From: Mobula hypostoma
Lineage: Eukaryota
Length of the DNA stretch: 64,000 bases
Assembly (NCBI RefSeq): GCF_963921235.1
Contig: NC_086109.1
Coordinates: 6,202,001 to 6,266,000 of the forward strand
Direction of reading: 5' to 3'
Every line of letters begins with the position of its first letter. Positions within the stretch are counted from its first letter, which is position 1. This document shows, piece by piece, positions 24,114 to 34,627 of the stretch. The translations under genes and the position numbers were made by a program. The notes beneath the pieces were generated by a model that was not told the origin of the DNA, did no database searches, and was given only the letters and a program-made list of their open reading frames with translations.

Positions 24114-24457
24114 GGCATTTGGAGAAAAGACACATCCACCTGTTATTGCGGCTGAGCATAGTTACTCTGAGGAGACCGGAGATCAAGAGGAGGAAAAGGA
24201 GGAGGTGGAGGAAGAAGTAAACGTTGAAGCTGCTGGTGTTGAGAATGTGGCTGCGATGCTACCCAGTGCAGAGGGAGATGCACCAGACCTCAACAGTCTC
24301 AGTTTGAATGTGGAACCGGAACCTGAGCCCGTAGCTTCCCCAACAGAGCAAGACAGCAACTCTGAGCTTGAAGCCTCGGAGAACGTTCATTTAACAGAAA
24401 TATCGAAAGATGCTGACAGTCAGCAGGACGCTGCAGAAATCGCCAGGACCACACAGG
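24114..24457 (+). CDS. EIF2D: EIF2D exon 6 (acidic linker)
   Basis: Long polypyrimidine tract then tag|G ... CAGG|gtatga; 344 nt, in phase with exons 5 and 7; AFGEKTHPPVIAAEHSYSEETGDQEEEKEEVEEE...ARTTQ. Confidence 0.9.
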
Positions 24458-25947
24458 GTATGAAGGGATTAACGTTAGAAGAAGCAATTTCCTGGGGGTC
24501 GCTGCCTCATTTCATTAAAAAGTGATAGAAAGCTGTTTCAGGCAAGGTTTTAGTAGGCAGTACTGACCTTGTCCCTGAAATATCAGTTAAAATATTCTTA
24601 TGTGCAAACTTGTTAGAAGTGTTGAATCATTTGAATTTCACAAAAGTTTTGATAAAATAAGAAAATTTGGAGGAACTTGGCTGTAATTTATTGACTACCC
24701 TTACATTATTGCCACAGCAGTGAAGTGATTAGCACAGCGCTATTACAGTTCCAGGTGTTCTGGAGTTTGGAGTTCTATTCCAATGCCATCTGTAAGGCTT
24801 TTCTTATTTCTGTTTTCACACTACCTATTTTAATTTAACTATTTAACATACATAGATATACTTACTGTAATTCGGTTTTTTTTCCTACCTTTATCATGTA
24901 TCGCATTGTACTGCTGCTGCAAAGTTAACAGATTTCAAGACATATGCCGGTGATACTAATTCTGATTCCGATTCTAGAGTGTGTATATTCTCCCCAAGAC
25001 TTCATGGGTTTCCTCCCACAGTCCACGAGGATGTTCCGGTTCAGTTAATTGGTCATTGGAGATTTTCCCCTGATTAAAGCTAAGGTTAAATCGGTGGCTT
25101 GCAGGGGGGTGCATCTCATTTGGCCTGCAGGGCCTGTTCCTTTCTTTATCACTAAATAAAATAAAATCAAAATCAGTACACTAACTGAGAAAAGCAAGCA
25201 ACTGACAAATGCACTTGGTGTATATTGAAAGGTTCACTGGCCCAGTAATTTGAATTAAATGGTGGTGATGTAATTTTAGTTGTACAGCAAAGTTAAGCCC
25301 AGCAAATCCAAAGCTTTAGCGTGTGTGAATGTCACAGAGATATACCGCGCAGAATACGGCCCCTGGAGCCACTGAGATTAAAGATGTGTCACACGTACAT
25401 CGGAGCATCAAAGCATACCTTGAAACGCATCCCTTACGTCAACGACCATTGCAGTTCGAAGGTGTGCTGAGGGCAGCCCGAAAGTGTTGCCGTGCTTCTG
25501 GTACCCACAACCCGCAACCTGCAGGTCTTTGGAACGTGGGAGAAAACCAGAGCGCCTGGAGGAAGCCCACATGGTCACGGGGCAAACGCACTAACTCCTG
25601 ACAGATCGCGGTGGAAATTGAACCCGTAAGCGTTACACTAACTGCGACGTTACTTTACTCTGACCATCGCCACTTACTTTTGTTCTTCCCAGGTTTCCAA
25701 TTCCCTCCCCCACCCCCCATGTTCTATCCCTGCCCCTAAGCAGGGACAATTTTCCTGAGACCATTTAACCTACTAACCCATCCTTGGGAGGTGGGAGGGA
25801 ACCTGGGCACCAGAGGGAAACCTGAGCAGTTACTGAAGGATATCCAAAATCGTCTCAGCTGCATCTACGGTCCGGATTGAATCTACGTCGTTGGCACTGT
25901 GAGGCGAAGGCTCCATGAACTGCGACACTCTCCCAACCCCAGCTCAT

Positions 25948-26240
25948 GGCGCAGTACAGTAGCATAGTGGTTAGCACAACACTTTACAGTGCAGGTGATC
26001 CGGGTTCAATTCCCGTCACTGCCTTTAAGGAATTTGTACATTCTCCCTGTGACCATGTGGATTTTCTCCAGGAGGCTCCAGTTTCTTCCCACAGTCCAAA
26101 GGTGTACTGGTTGTTAGGTTAATTAGCCATTGTAAATTGTCCCATGATTGGGCTAGGATTAAATCAGGGGTTGCTGGGCAGCATGGCTCAAAGGACCAGG
26201 AGGGCCTGTTCCTTGCTGTAAATCAACCAACAAGTAAAAG
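25948..26240 (+). mobile_element. V-SINE (HE1-like). Related copies at ~24710-25165, 53910-54210, 58930-59200 (+) and ~2085-2210, 8560-8760, 25500-25650, 56330-56460 (-)
   Basis: tRNA head (tagcatagtggttag..gggttcaattccc) plus V-domain-like tgtacattctccctgtgacc..cccacagtccaaag..gtaaattgtccc. Confidence 0.8.
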
Positions 26241-26557
26241 TACTACAAAAGTATTTAAAAATTAGTAATTAGTTGAAATCAAATGCAGTCTTTAAACAGA
26301 AAAATCTAACATTCCAGAGCTTTGGACTAGCATTGCAACCAGTAATTATGGTTTTGTGTGAATATCATCTGTTCAACAGTGGGCAAGTTACCCATTATCG
26401 TTTTGCCCACCAAACTACAGCAGCTAGTGCTATTCAGAGTTAACTGACGTGCTGGCTCATTTAGTGGTGAATGCTAATCATTTAGATCCTGAAGCAGAGA
26501 GTTATGTATTCTGGAGCAAAAATAGCTCCATCTGACACGCTGTTGCTGTTTTTACAG

Positions 26558-26675
26558 AGCAGATGGATGAGATTCTTCTGCAGTGTTTCCTTCACGCTCT
26601 GAAACGTAAAGTGAAGAAAGCAGACCTTCCGTTGCTCGCAAGCACCTTCCTTAAGAATCACATGTATCCCTGTTG
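26558..26675 (+). CDS. EIF2D: EIF2D exon 7 (winged-helix region)
   Basis: tttacag|AG ... TG|gtaagt; 118 nt; EQMDEILLQCFLHALKRKVKKADLPLLASTFLKNHMYPCC. Confidence 0.95.
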
Positions 26676-26784
26676 GTAAGTGCATCATTCTCCCTCCGTG
26701 TAGCCTGCCTACAGTTACTAACCTATACAATGCAAACTTGTATATTACAGGTGGAGTTCAGCCTTATCACATGATTAATAAACT

Positions 26785-27110
26785 CATTCATTCGTTATGA
26801 CATGGGCAGTCGTGATCTTTCCGTGACCACCTTCTGGTGGTCTTCTGGCCAGTGTCTGAACCAGACGGGTGACCCCAGCCATTATCAGTACTCTTCAGAG
26901 ATTGTCTGCCTGGTGTCAGTGTCACATAACCAGGACTTGTGATATACACCAGCTGCTCATACGACCATCCACCACCCGCTCCTGTGGCTTCACGTGACCC
27001 TGATCGGGGGGCTAAGCAGGTGCTACACCTTGCCCAAGGGTGACCTGCAGGCTAGCGGAGGGAAGGAGCACCTTACACCTCCTTTGGTAGAGACTCCACC
27101 CTACCACCCC
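26785..27110 (-). mobile_element. Non-autonomous element with BovB/RTE-like 3' tail. Copies at 29088-29365, 29785-30480, 31150-31405, 45270-45545, 61470-61828
   Basis: Six alignable copies; the more complete ones carry a - strand tail ggcaatggcaaaccacttctgtagaaaaatttgccaagaacaatcatgg. Confidence 0.75.
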
Positions 27111-27653
27111 GATTAATAAATTGCCCACATTAAAAGTGAATTATACAGAACATACTACAGTCAGAACATTATAGTACAGCACAAGCCCTTCGGCCCCCAA
27201 CCTTTTAACCTACGTCATGATCAGTCTAACTCTTCCATCCCACTTAACCACTTTCCTCAGAGGGGCCACTGGTTCGAGCTGCTGGTCTTCCAGTCAAGAT
27301 GATACCAGCGAACAATGATTCCTCGGGCAACATCTTCCAGATAATCAATCATTTCAGTTTTATGTCTTCTTATTATTCTTTTTATCTTAATTTTCTTTTT
27401 GAAACTGTCAAAGCCCGTGACTTACAGTCTGTAGTTCGATCGAGTGAGCTAGCACTCTGCTGTCCCTGAGAAAACTTCAGGAAAGAAATGCGATCATGAG
27501 CTACCATGAGGAGAAGCTCAGAGGCGAGACAAGGGGCTGTGATTGACTACATTTCTCATGAATTAAAGTGTTGAGGAAGATTGAAACATTGAGGCAAATG
27601 TGGAGGAGAGCAAGCGGTTCCCGGAGAGACCACTGGTTTGTGTTGCTTTCCTT

Positions 27654-28056
27654 GAGTCGCTGCCCCGGGAGGGGCCGCCGGCCCCAGTCGCTGCCCCGGG
27701 AGGGGCCGCCGGCCCGAGTCGCTGCCCCGGGAGGGGCCGCCGGCCCGAGTCGCTGCCCCGGGAGGGGCCGCCGGCCCGAGTCGCTGCCCCGGGAGGGGCC
27801 GCCGGCCCGAGTCGCTGCCCCGGGAGGGGCCGCCGGCCCGAGTCGCTGCCCCGGGAGGGGCCGCCGGCCCCAGTCGCTGCCCCGGGAGGGGCCGCCGGCC
27901 CGAGTCGCTGCCCCGGGAGGGGCCGCCGGCCCGAGTCGCTGCCCCGGGAGGGGCCGCCGGCCCGAGTTGCTGCGTTCACAGGGGCCGCCGGCTCGAGTCG
28001 CTGCCCCGGGAGGGGCCGCTGGCCCAAGTCGCTGCGCTCACAGGGGCTGCCGGGTC
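27654..28056. repeat. 31-bp GC-rich minisatellite, about 13 copies
   Basis: Unit gagtcgctgccccgggaggggccgccggccc with 31-bp period; first ten copies nearly identical. Confidence 0.97.
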
Positions 28057-28805
28057 CCTGTGCTCTCGGAGGTGTGATCAGAATTCTGAGATTTATGGAT
28101 TGGACTGCAGTTCATATTGTCCCTTTTAGTTCTGTGTTTTTCTCATAGTCTCGCCCATTCTTGTTGCGGATGGGCGGGCTGGGGGTTTGGGTGATCTGTT
28201 GTGTGAGGGAGGGGTTGGGGGTGTTTGGAGTTTGCAAGTTTTCGTTTCTTTTTCTTTTCATGCGGGGGGGGATTGATGTCTTTCTTTCAACTGCTTATAT
28301 GGTTTTCTGTACTCTGCGGCTTTCTGGAGAAGACAGATCTCAGTTGTATCCCGCATATATACTTCAATAATAAAATGAACCTTTGAACGATAAGACATCG
28401 GAGCAGAATTAGGCCATTTGGCCCATCGGGTCTGATCTGCTGTTCCATCATGGCTGATTTATTTCCCTCTCACTCCATTTTCTTGCCTTCTCCCCGTATC
28501 CTTTGACACTTTGACTAATCAAGAACCTATCAATCTCTGCATTAAATAAACTCAATGACAGTGCCTCCACAGTCGTCTGTGGCTATGAATTCCCTCCATT
28601 ATGAATAACTAGGAATATGGATGGCTATGGTTCCGGCGTGGTTGATTGGTGTGGGTAGTTTAAATGGTTTTTTACAGATACATGGGCCTGTTTCTGTGCT
28701 GTACTTTTCTATGACTATAGCCCTCCGGTGCCCATGTGACAATAGTAGACTCATTCCAATGCTGAATCATGATAAGGTTATTGTGCTCTGTTTTCTTTTG
28801 CCTAG

Positions 28806-28851
28806 CCCTGAAGGTAGAACTTTAGACGTGAAGAAATCAAGCTATAAGAAG
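28806..28851 (+). CDS. EIF2D: EIF2D exon 8
   Basis: cctag|C ... AAG|gtaggt; 46 nt; PEGRTLDVKKSSYKK. Confidence 0.95.
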
Positions 28852-29844
28852 GTAGGTTAACATGCAGAGAGATTTCACACAACAGCTGAAGTCTGTTGTA
28901 CCACCTCGATGTTCCGATGTATGAAACGATCTGTCTGGTTGGCAGGCAAAATAGAAAGGTTGTCACTGCATCTTGTTACATGTGACAATAATAATTATTT
29001 CTTTTTCAAGTAATTTAACTAGAATAACTGCTATCCTAGTGAATATTATTATTCTGTGGACTAATTGTTCATTTGTTAGTTATATACTGTGTCGTATGAC
29101 GTAGGAGATCATGGACTTTCCTTGACCATAATTGTTCCTGGCAATTTTTTCTACAGAAGTAGTTTGCCTTTGCTGCCTTCTGGGCAGTGTTTTACAAGAC
29201 CCCAGCCATTATCAATACACTTCAGAGATCGTCTGCCTGGTGTCACCAGGACTTGTGATCTGCCCCGGCTGCTCCCATGGCTTCTCGTGACCCTGATCAG
29301 AAGTGCGTTGCGGGGTAAGCAGGTGCTACAACTTGCCCAGGGTGACCTGCAGGCTAGCGGAGGGAATAGTCATTAGTACCACAGGCTTAGAGTAACTACA
29401 TGATAGAAAATTGGCCAAGTAACAAGAAAAGGAGATGAAAAGTTATATTATGGGCTGCAGGAAACTGCATAGTGATGTTCCTTCGGGATTAGTAATCAAA
29501 CAGATTTTTAGTATTAATAACTTGCACGTAGTTGTGCAGGGGAAAATTCTGTTTTTCCATCATTCATGTTCTTTTCTGTGGTTCCACTGCCCTTGCTGTG
29601 ACATAATGAATTGTATGATGTGGCTGATGTGGCCTTTCCTTGATTTGTCAGGGCATGAAAGGGTACGAGGAGAAGGCAGGAGATTGGAGCTGAGAGGGAA
29701 ATGGATCAGCCTTGATGAAACGACAGAGCAGATATGATGGCCAAATGGCCTAATTCTGCTCCTATACTTTATGGTCTATGGTCTTATTGGCAAACTTTTC
29801 TATAGAGATGTTTGCCATTGCCTTCTGGGCAGTGTCTTTACAAG

Positions 29845-30225
29845 CAATACACCTCCCTCCCCATTCTCAATCTCTCTGTCTCCATCACTGGAGATATTAC
29901 ATCTTTTATAAACCCACTGCCTCTCACAGCTATCTGGACTATATCTCTTCACACCTTGTCTTCTCCTATCAGATTCCTCCTTCTCCACCCCTTTATCTCC
30001 TTCACCAATCAACTTCCCAGCTTTTTACTTCATCCCTTTCCCCTCTCCCAGTTTCTCCTATCACCTACAACTTTGTACTTTCTCCCCTCCCCCCACCTTC
30101 TTACTCTGACTTCTCCTCTTTCTTTCCAATCCTGATAAAGGGTCTTGGCCCGAACTGTCGACTGTTTACTCTTTTCAGTGGATGCTGCCTGGCCTGCTGA
30201 GTTCCTCCAGCATTTTGTGTGTGTT
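29845..30225 (+). mobile_element. Truncated Penelope-like element inserted in an RTE-type element
   Basis: FYKPTASHSYLDY motif and pLTR; 16-bp TSD gcagtgtctttac(a/g)ag at 29829-29844 and 30226-30241. Confidence 0.85.
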
Positions 30226-32098
30226 GCAGTGTCTTTACGAGACGGGTATCCCCAGCCATTATCAATGCTCTTCAGAGAGTTTGGTGTCAATGGTCACAGG
30301 ACTTGTGATATCCACCAGCAGCTCGTACAACCATCCTCCACCTGCTCCCATGGCCTCACGTGACCCTGATCAGGGGGCTAAGCAGGTGGTACACCTTGCC
30401 CAAGGGTGACCTGCAGGCTAGCGGAGGGAAGGAGCGACTTCCACCTCCTTTGGTAGAGAGATATCTCATCCCGCCACCCAGGATTATAAATAGTGAATAC
30501 TTGAGACAAAACCTCAAGTCTCATTAGTCATTGGCATTGAATCATGCAGCATGGAAACAGGCCGTACAGATCAACCCATCCATGCCAACCAGTGAGCACC
30601 CTTGTATATTAATCCCATCTCCTAGCACATGTTCCTTAGTCTGAGTGATTCAGGCAGATGCTGCCAGCTTCAACCACTTTCTTGTGTTTGACTTTTAAAT
30701 TGTTTCCAACATTGGCAATGCGTAAACTCCTGCAGGTCTTCCAAATTGGCTGCTTACGTCATATGTTAAGAGCGTTCTTTTTGAAAATTCCCATCCTTCA
30801 TAGTTCTGTAGTTTAAACATTGCCTCCTCTGCTGGTCTGTTGTTTACTCTGCATTCGTTTATTTTTTTTTCATCGTGGATTTATCACCATTTCTGTAAAC
30901 TTGGTACAAAAATAGCACACTTATCTGTGTCGTAAGGTCTAGGGTTCAAACCTCAGTCACAGAGCCAAGCATATAACATGGGCAGTCTTGCATCCAGCCA
31001 AGGTATCTGGCTTCCTGTCTAATATGTTCCTCTTGTTGCCTGGTATGTCTGATAACACATATACTGTGCTGTAAATGAATGATGATATTTCCCTGGAGGA
31101 ATGCTTCTGATCTCTGTGAATATTTTGTCAGTTCTTATTCATTCATTCATTATGTGTGGGGCCGTATGACGTGGGTGATCACAATCTCATGACCATGAAC
31201 GTTCTTGGCAAATTTTTCTACAGAAATGGTTGGTTTGTCATTGCCTTCTTCTGGGCAATATCTTTACAAGACGGGTGACCCTAGCCATTAGCAGAGTCGG
31301 TGGTCACTTGCCAAGACATGTGATGTGCAACCAGCAGGCTAGCGGTGGGAAGGAGCACCTTACACCTCCCTTGGTGGGGAGACGTAGCTCTACCCCACCA
31401 CCCACGGTTCTTAGTACATAAGCTTAAAATTACTTCAGCTGGCGTGCTGCCTACTTTAACCAGTTTTGAAAAAGACATCAAATGACTTCTGAATGTGTTT
31501 CAATCACAGTTGCTTTATGGAGATGTGTGTATGATCTTTGCTGCTTGTAAAGTCACGCTCATTACACTGAGTTCTTACACAGAGGCAGGAAGGTAAAACC
31601 TGATGGTGGAAAGGTCACCGTGTTTGCCCCCATGCTCTAATTTCATAGCTTTGTAAACTAAGTTCGGACGACCCTGTGTTATGTTATAGTTGGAGTTGTA
31701 GAGCGATAGAACAGTACATTACAAAAACAGGCCCTCTGACTCTTCCACGCCAACCAAGATATCCATCCACGTTAGTCCCATTTGCCCCAGATCATTAAAT
31801 ATTTCATATCCATGTACCTGTCCAAGAGTCTTTTAAATGTTACTGTCCATGCCTCAACCACTTCTTCTGACACCTTGTTTCACATGGGCACACTCCTATG
31901 TGTGAACAAATTGCCCCCAAAACCCTTTTAAATCTTTCCCACTCACCCTAAACCTGTGCCCTCCAGTTTTTGATTCCCTTTCCCTAGGAAAAGTGACTGC
32001 ATTTACCCTATCTACAGCTCTCATGATTTTATGCATCTGTATACATTCAGAAACAGAATCAGTTTTATTATCACTGGCCTGTGTAGCGAAATATGTTG

Positions 32099-32660
32099 TG
32101 TACCAGCATCTGTATGAAACCCCCTGGTTTCCTTGGCCGTGTAAGTCTAGGGAAGATGCTCTCCAGTTCAGCCAGACTCGTGGGATTGAGACCGCTCTCC
32201 CACCCCAAGCCTCGGTTTGTGTGGATGCTGTGTAATTTGCTACCGTGTGGTTTTCAGTTAGTAAAGAAAAAGAAAAGAACCCATTTTAATTAAGCAGGCA
32301 AATGTACGCAAGTTGGATCTCAATGCTTCACCATATTCACCGATCCTTGAGCAATCTTGGCCTCGACTTCCTCGAATCACGGTCCCACTCCAGGTCGAAT
32401 CCTATGACCTGTTCTCTCCAGCGTCGTCTTCCTTCATCTCCCACCAGACAAAAACCCCAAGCCCAACCTTAGTGTCCCTCACCAGAAAAACCTCCCCTCG
32501 GTTCTACCATCCTAACTGGATGTCACACATTCCTCATCATCCCTTATTTTCAACAATAACCCAAACAGGCTGAAAGCAGAGCAGACTGCTCTTACAGAAC
32601 TGCTGAATGAAATACATACAGCATAACAGTAAACATATGAACCAGGGCGTTGCTGGTACA
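32099..32660. mobile_element. LTR-like element
   Basis: Perfect 10-bp inverted termini TGTACCAGCA...TGCTGGTACA; only a 3-bp flanking match (ttg). Confidence 0.6.
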
Positions 32661-32699
32661 TTGCATTATGTGACAAGAAAAAAAGACTATGGTGGTGAG

Positions 32700-33042
32700 G
32701 TACCTCCTAGGATGTGCTGGAACGCATCATCAGTGATGTATCCTGGGGTCATCGAGTGTTTTGGGTCTTTCAACATCAGACGCTCTCGCCCAGGTGGCTC
32801 AGCCGGTGTTGATAAAGCGCTGGCTTGTGTCTCAGCAGCACTGGTCCACAGGTCACACCTCTTGATCCATGGCCGTCTGGATGCTCACTCAGCAGCCTCT
32901 GTGCTGGTCCTGATGGCTCATTTCTTTGCTGCAGCCCCCATAATGCCAAAGAGAGACTGAACGGCCAGCAAATCCTCTACAATTTACCTCTGTGGCCTCA
33001 CGTTGTGCCCTCCAGCCCTGGCTCTGGGACTGCTCTACCATA
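32700..33042 (-). mobile_element. HERO-like (restriction-like endonuclease) LINE 3' end
   Basis: QGWRA...EVNCRGFAGRS, then after a frameshift GIMGAAKK*AIRTSTEAAE*ASRRPWIKR; 3'UTR gaaagaccc..gatgaccccagg..catcactgatga. Confidence 0.7.
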
Positions 33043-33062
33043 ATTAAAATAAGAAATACCTG

Positions 33063-33361
33063 GGCCGGCTGGTGGCGCAACAACATCGGTGCCGGACCCG
33101 GGAGCGGAGGTTCCCGGGTTCGAAACCAGTCGGGTCCGCTCCCGAGTACGCTTTCCATCCGTGCCGGGTTTAGTGTCGAGATCGCAACTCGACCTCGTAA
33201 AAATAAAAGGGAAAGTACTGCGAAAATGTCTGTGAGGAGTGGGGCGCCACACAGTCTCTCTCTCGCTCCGCGCCTTGTAAAAGCCGTGAAAAAGACATCA
33301 CACACACACAGACGCACACGTGCAAACGTGTACGCACGCAGGCGCACACGCAAAAAAAAGA
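33063..33361 (+). mobile_element. tRNA-derived SINE with (CA)-rich/A tail
   Basis: GGTTCGAAACC B box; 12-bp TSD aagaaat(a/g)cctg. Confidence 0.8.
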
Positions 33362-33419
33362 AAGAAATGCCTGTATATATTTTTTAAAATTCAACAAGTA
33401 TTGCAAAAAGAGAGCAAAA

Positions 33420-34270
33420 AAAAAGAAAACCATTGTGAGGTGATGGATATAGGTTTATTGTCCCTTCTGAAATCTGATGACAGTGGGGAAGAAGCTGTTA
33501 CTGAAATGTTGAGTGTGGGTCTTCAGGCTCCTGGACCACCTCCTTGATGGTAGCAATGAGAAGATGGCACGTCCTGGGTGACGGGGGTCCTTCGTCATGA
33601 TGGTGCCGCCTTTCTGAGGCATCACCTGTTGAAGACGTCCTGGATGCTGGGAGGCTGGTGTTCACGATGGATCTGGCCGAGTTTGCAACTTTCTGCAGAT
33701 TTTTCCGATCTGTAAATTTCTACAGATGTACCATGGAGGCTATTCTGACTGGCTGCATCACTGTCGATTGTTGGGGGTGGGGCTACTGCACAGATTTGAA
33801 CTAACCTGCAGAGAGTTGTAAACTTACTTAGCACCATCATGGGCACTAGCCTTCATAGTATCCAGGATATCTTCAAGGAGTGACGCCTCAAAAAGGCACA
33901 TCTGTCATTAATGAGCCCCGTCACCCAGGACATGCCCTCTTCCCATCGCTATCATCAGGGAGGAGGTACAGAAGCCTGAAGGCACACACTCAACAATTCA
34001 GAAACAGCTTCTTCCCTCTGCCTGCCGATTTCTGATTGGACATTAAGCCCATGAACTCTACCTCACTACTTTATTATTTCTATTTTTACACTACTTATTT
34101 AATTTCTCTATTTAATATATATGTGTTACTGTATTTCATTTTTTCTATCATTATGTTTTGCATTGTTCTGCTGCTGCAAAGTTAACAAATTTCACAGCAT
34201 ATGCAGGTGATATTTATCCTGATTCTGATTCCTGTGGCCCCTCCATACCAGATGGTGATGCAGCAAGTTA
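33420..34270. mobile_element. Two Rex-like LINE 3' ends, a + copy (~33710-34230) nested in a - copy
   Basis: Both copies match the 3' end of the Rex element at 10960-11500. Confidence 0.75.
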
Positions 34271-34523
34271 CAATTCCTCATTCTCCTACATTCCAATGAG
34301 TTAAAGTCCTAGCCTGCCCAACCTCCCGCTATAACTCAGGGGTCCTGGCAACATTTTTGTAAAGCTTTTCAGCTTAATGACATCTCTCCTCTACTACTAC
34401 GATTTTTACAGAGGACTTGGAGTTTCAGGGCCAGGATTGGTGTGAATGTTGTGTATTTTGAGTCTTATTGATTTTATTTTAATGACTAAGCTTTCAAAGT
34501 GATCTGTGGAATCTTGCCCTCAG

Positions 34524-34627
34524 CTCTCGAAGTTCCTGCACTCCATGCAACAGAAGCAGATCATTCAGGTGAAGGAACTCTCCAAGGGCGTTGAAAGTAT
34601 CGCAGCTGTGAACTGGGATCATGCAGA
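34524..34627 (+). CDS. EIF2D: EIF2D exon 9
   Basis: cctcag|CTC ... GA|gtatgt; 104 nt; LSKFLHSMQQKQIIQVKELSKGVESIAAVNWDHA. Confidence 0.95.

Noticed and set aside
27563..28148. Overlapping 154-182 aa ORFs with a 31-aa repeat; superficially CRISPR-like array
   Set aside because: By-product of a stop-free 31-bp tandem repeat; no unique spacers, no cas genes, eukaryotic intron
32720..32782. Hammerhead in the HERO-like 3'UTR (CTGATGA on -)
   Set aside because: Could not build three consistent stems, and this copy lacks GAAAC
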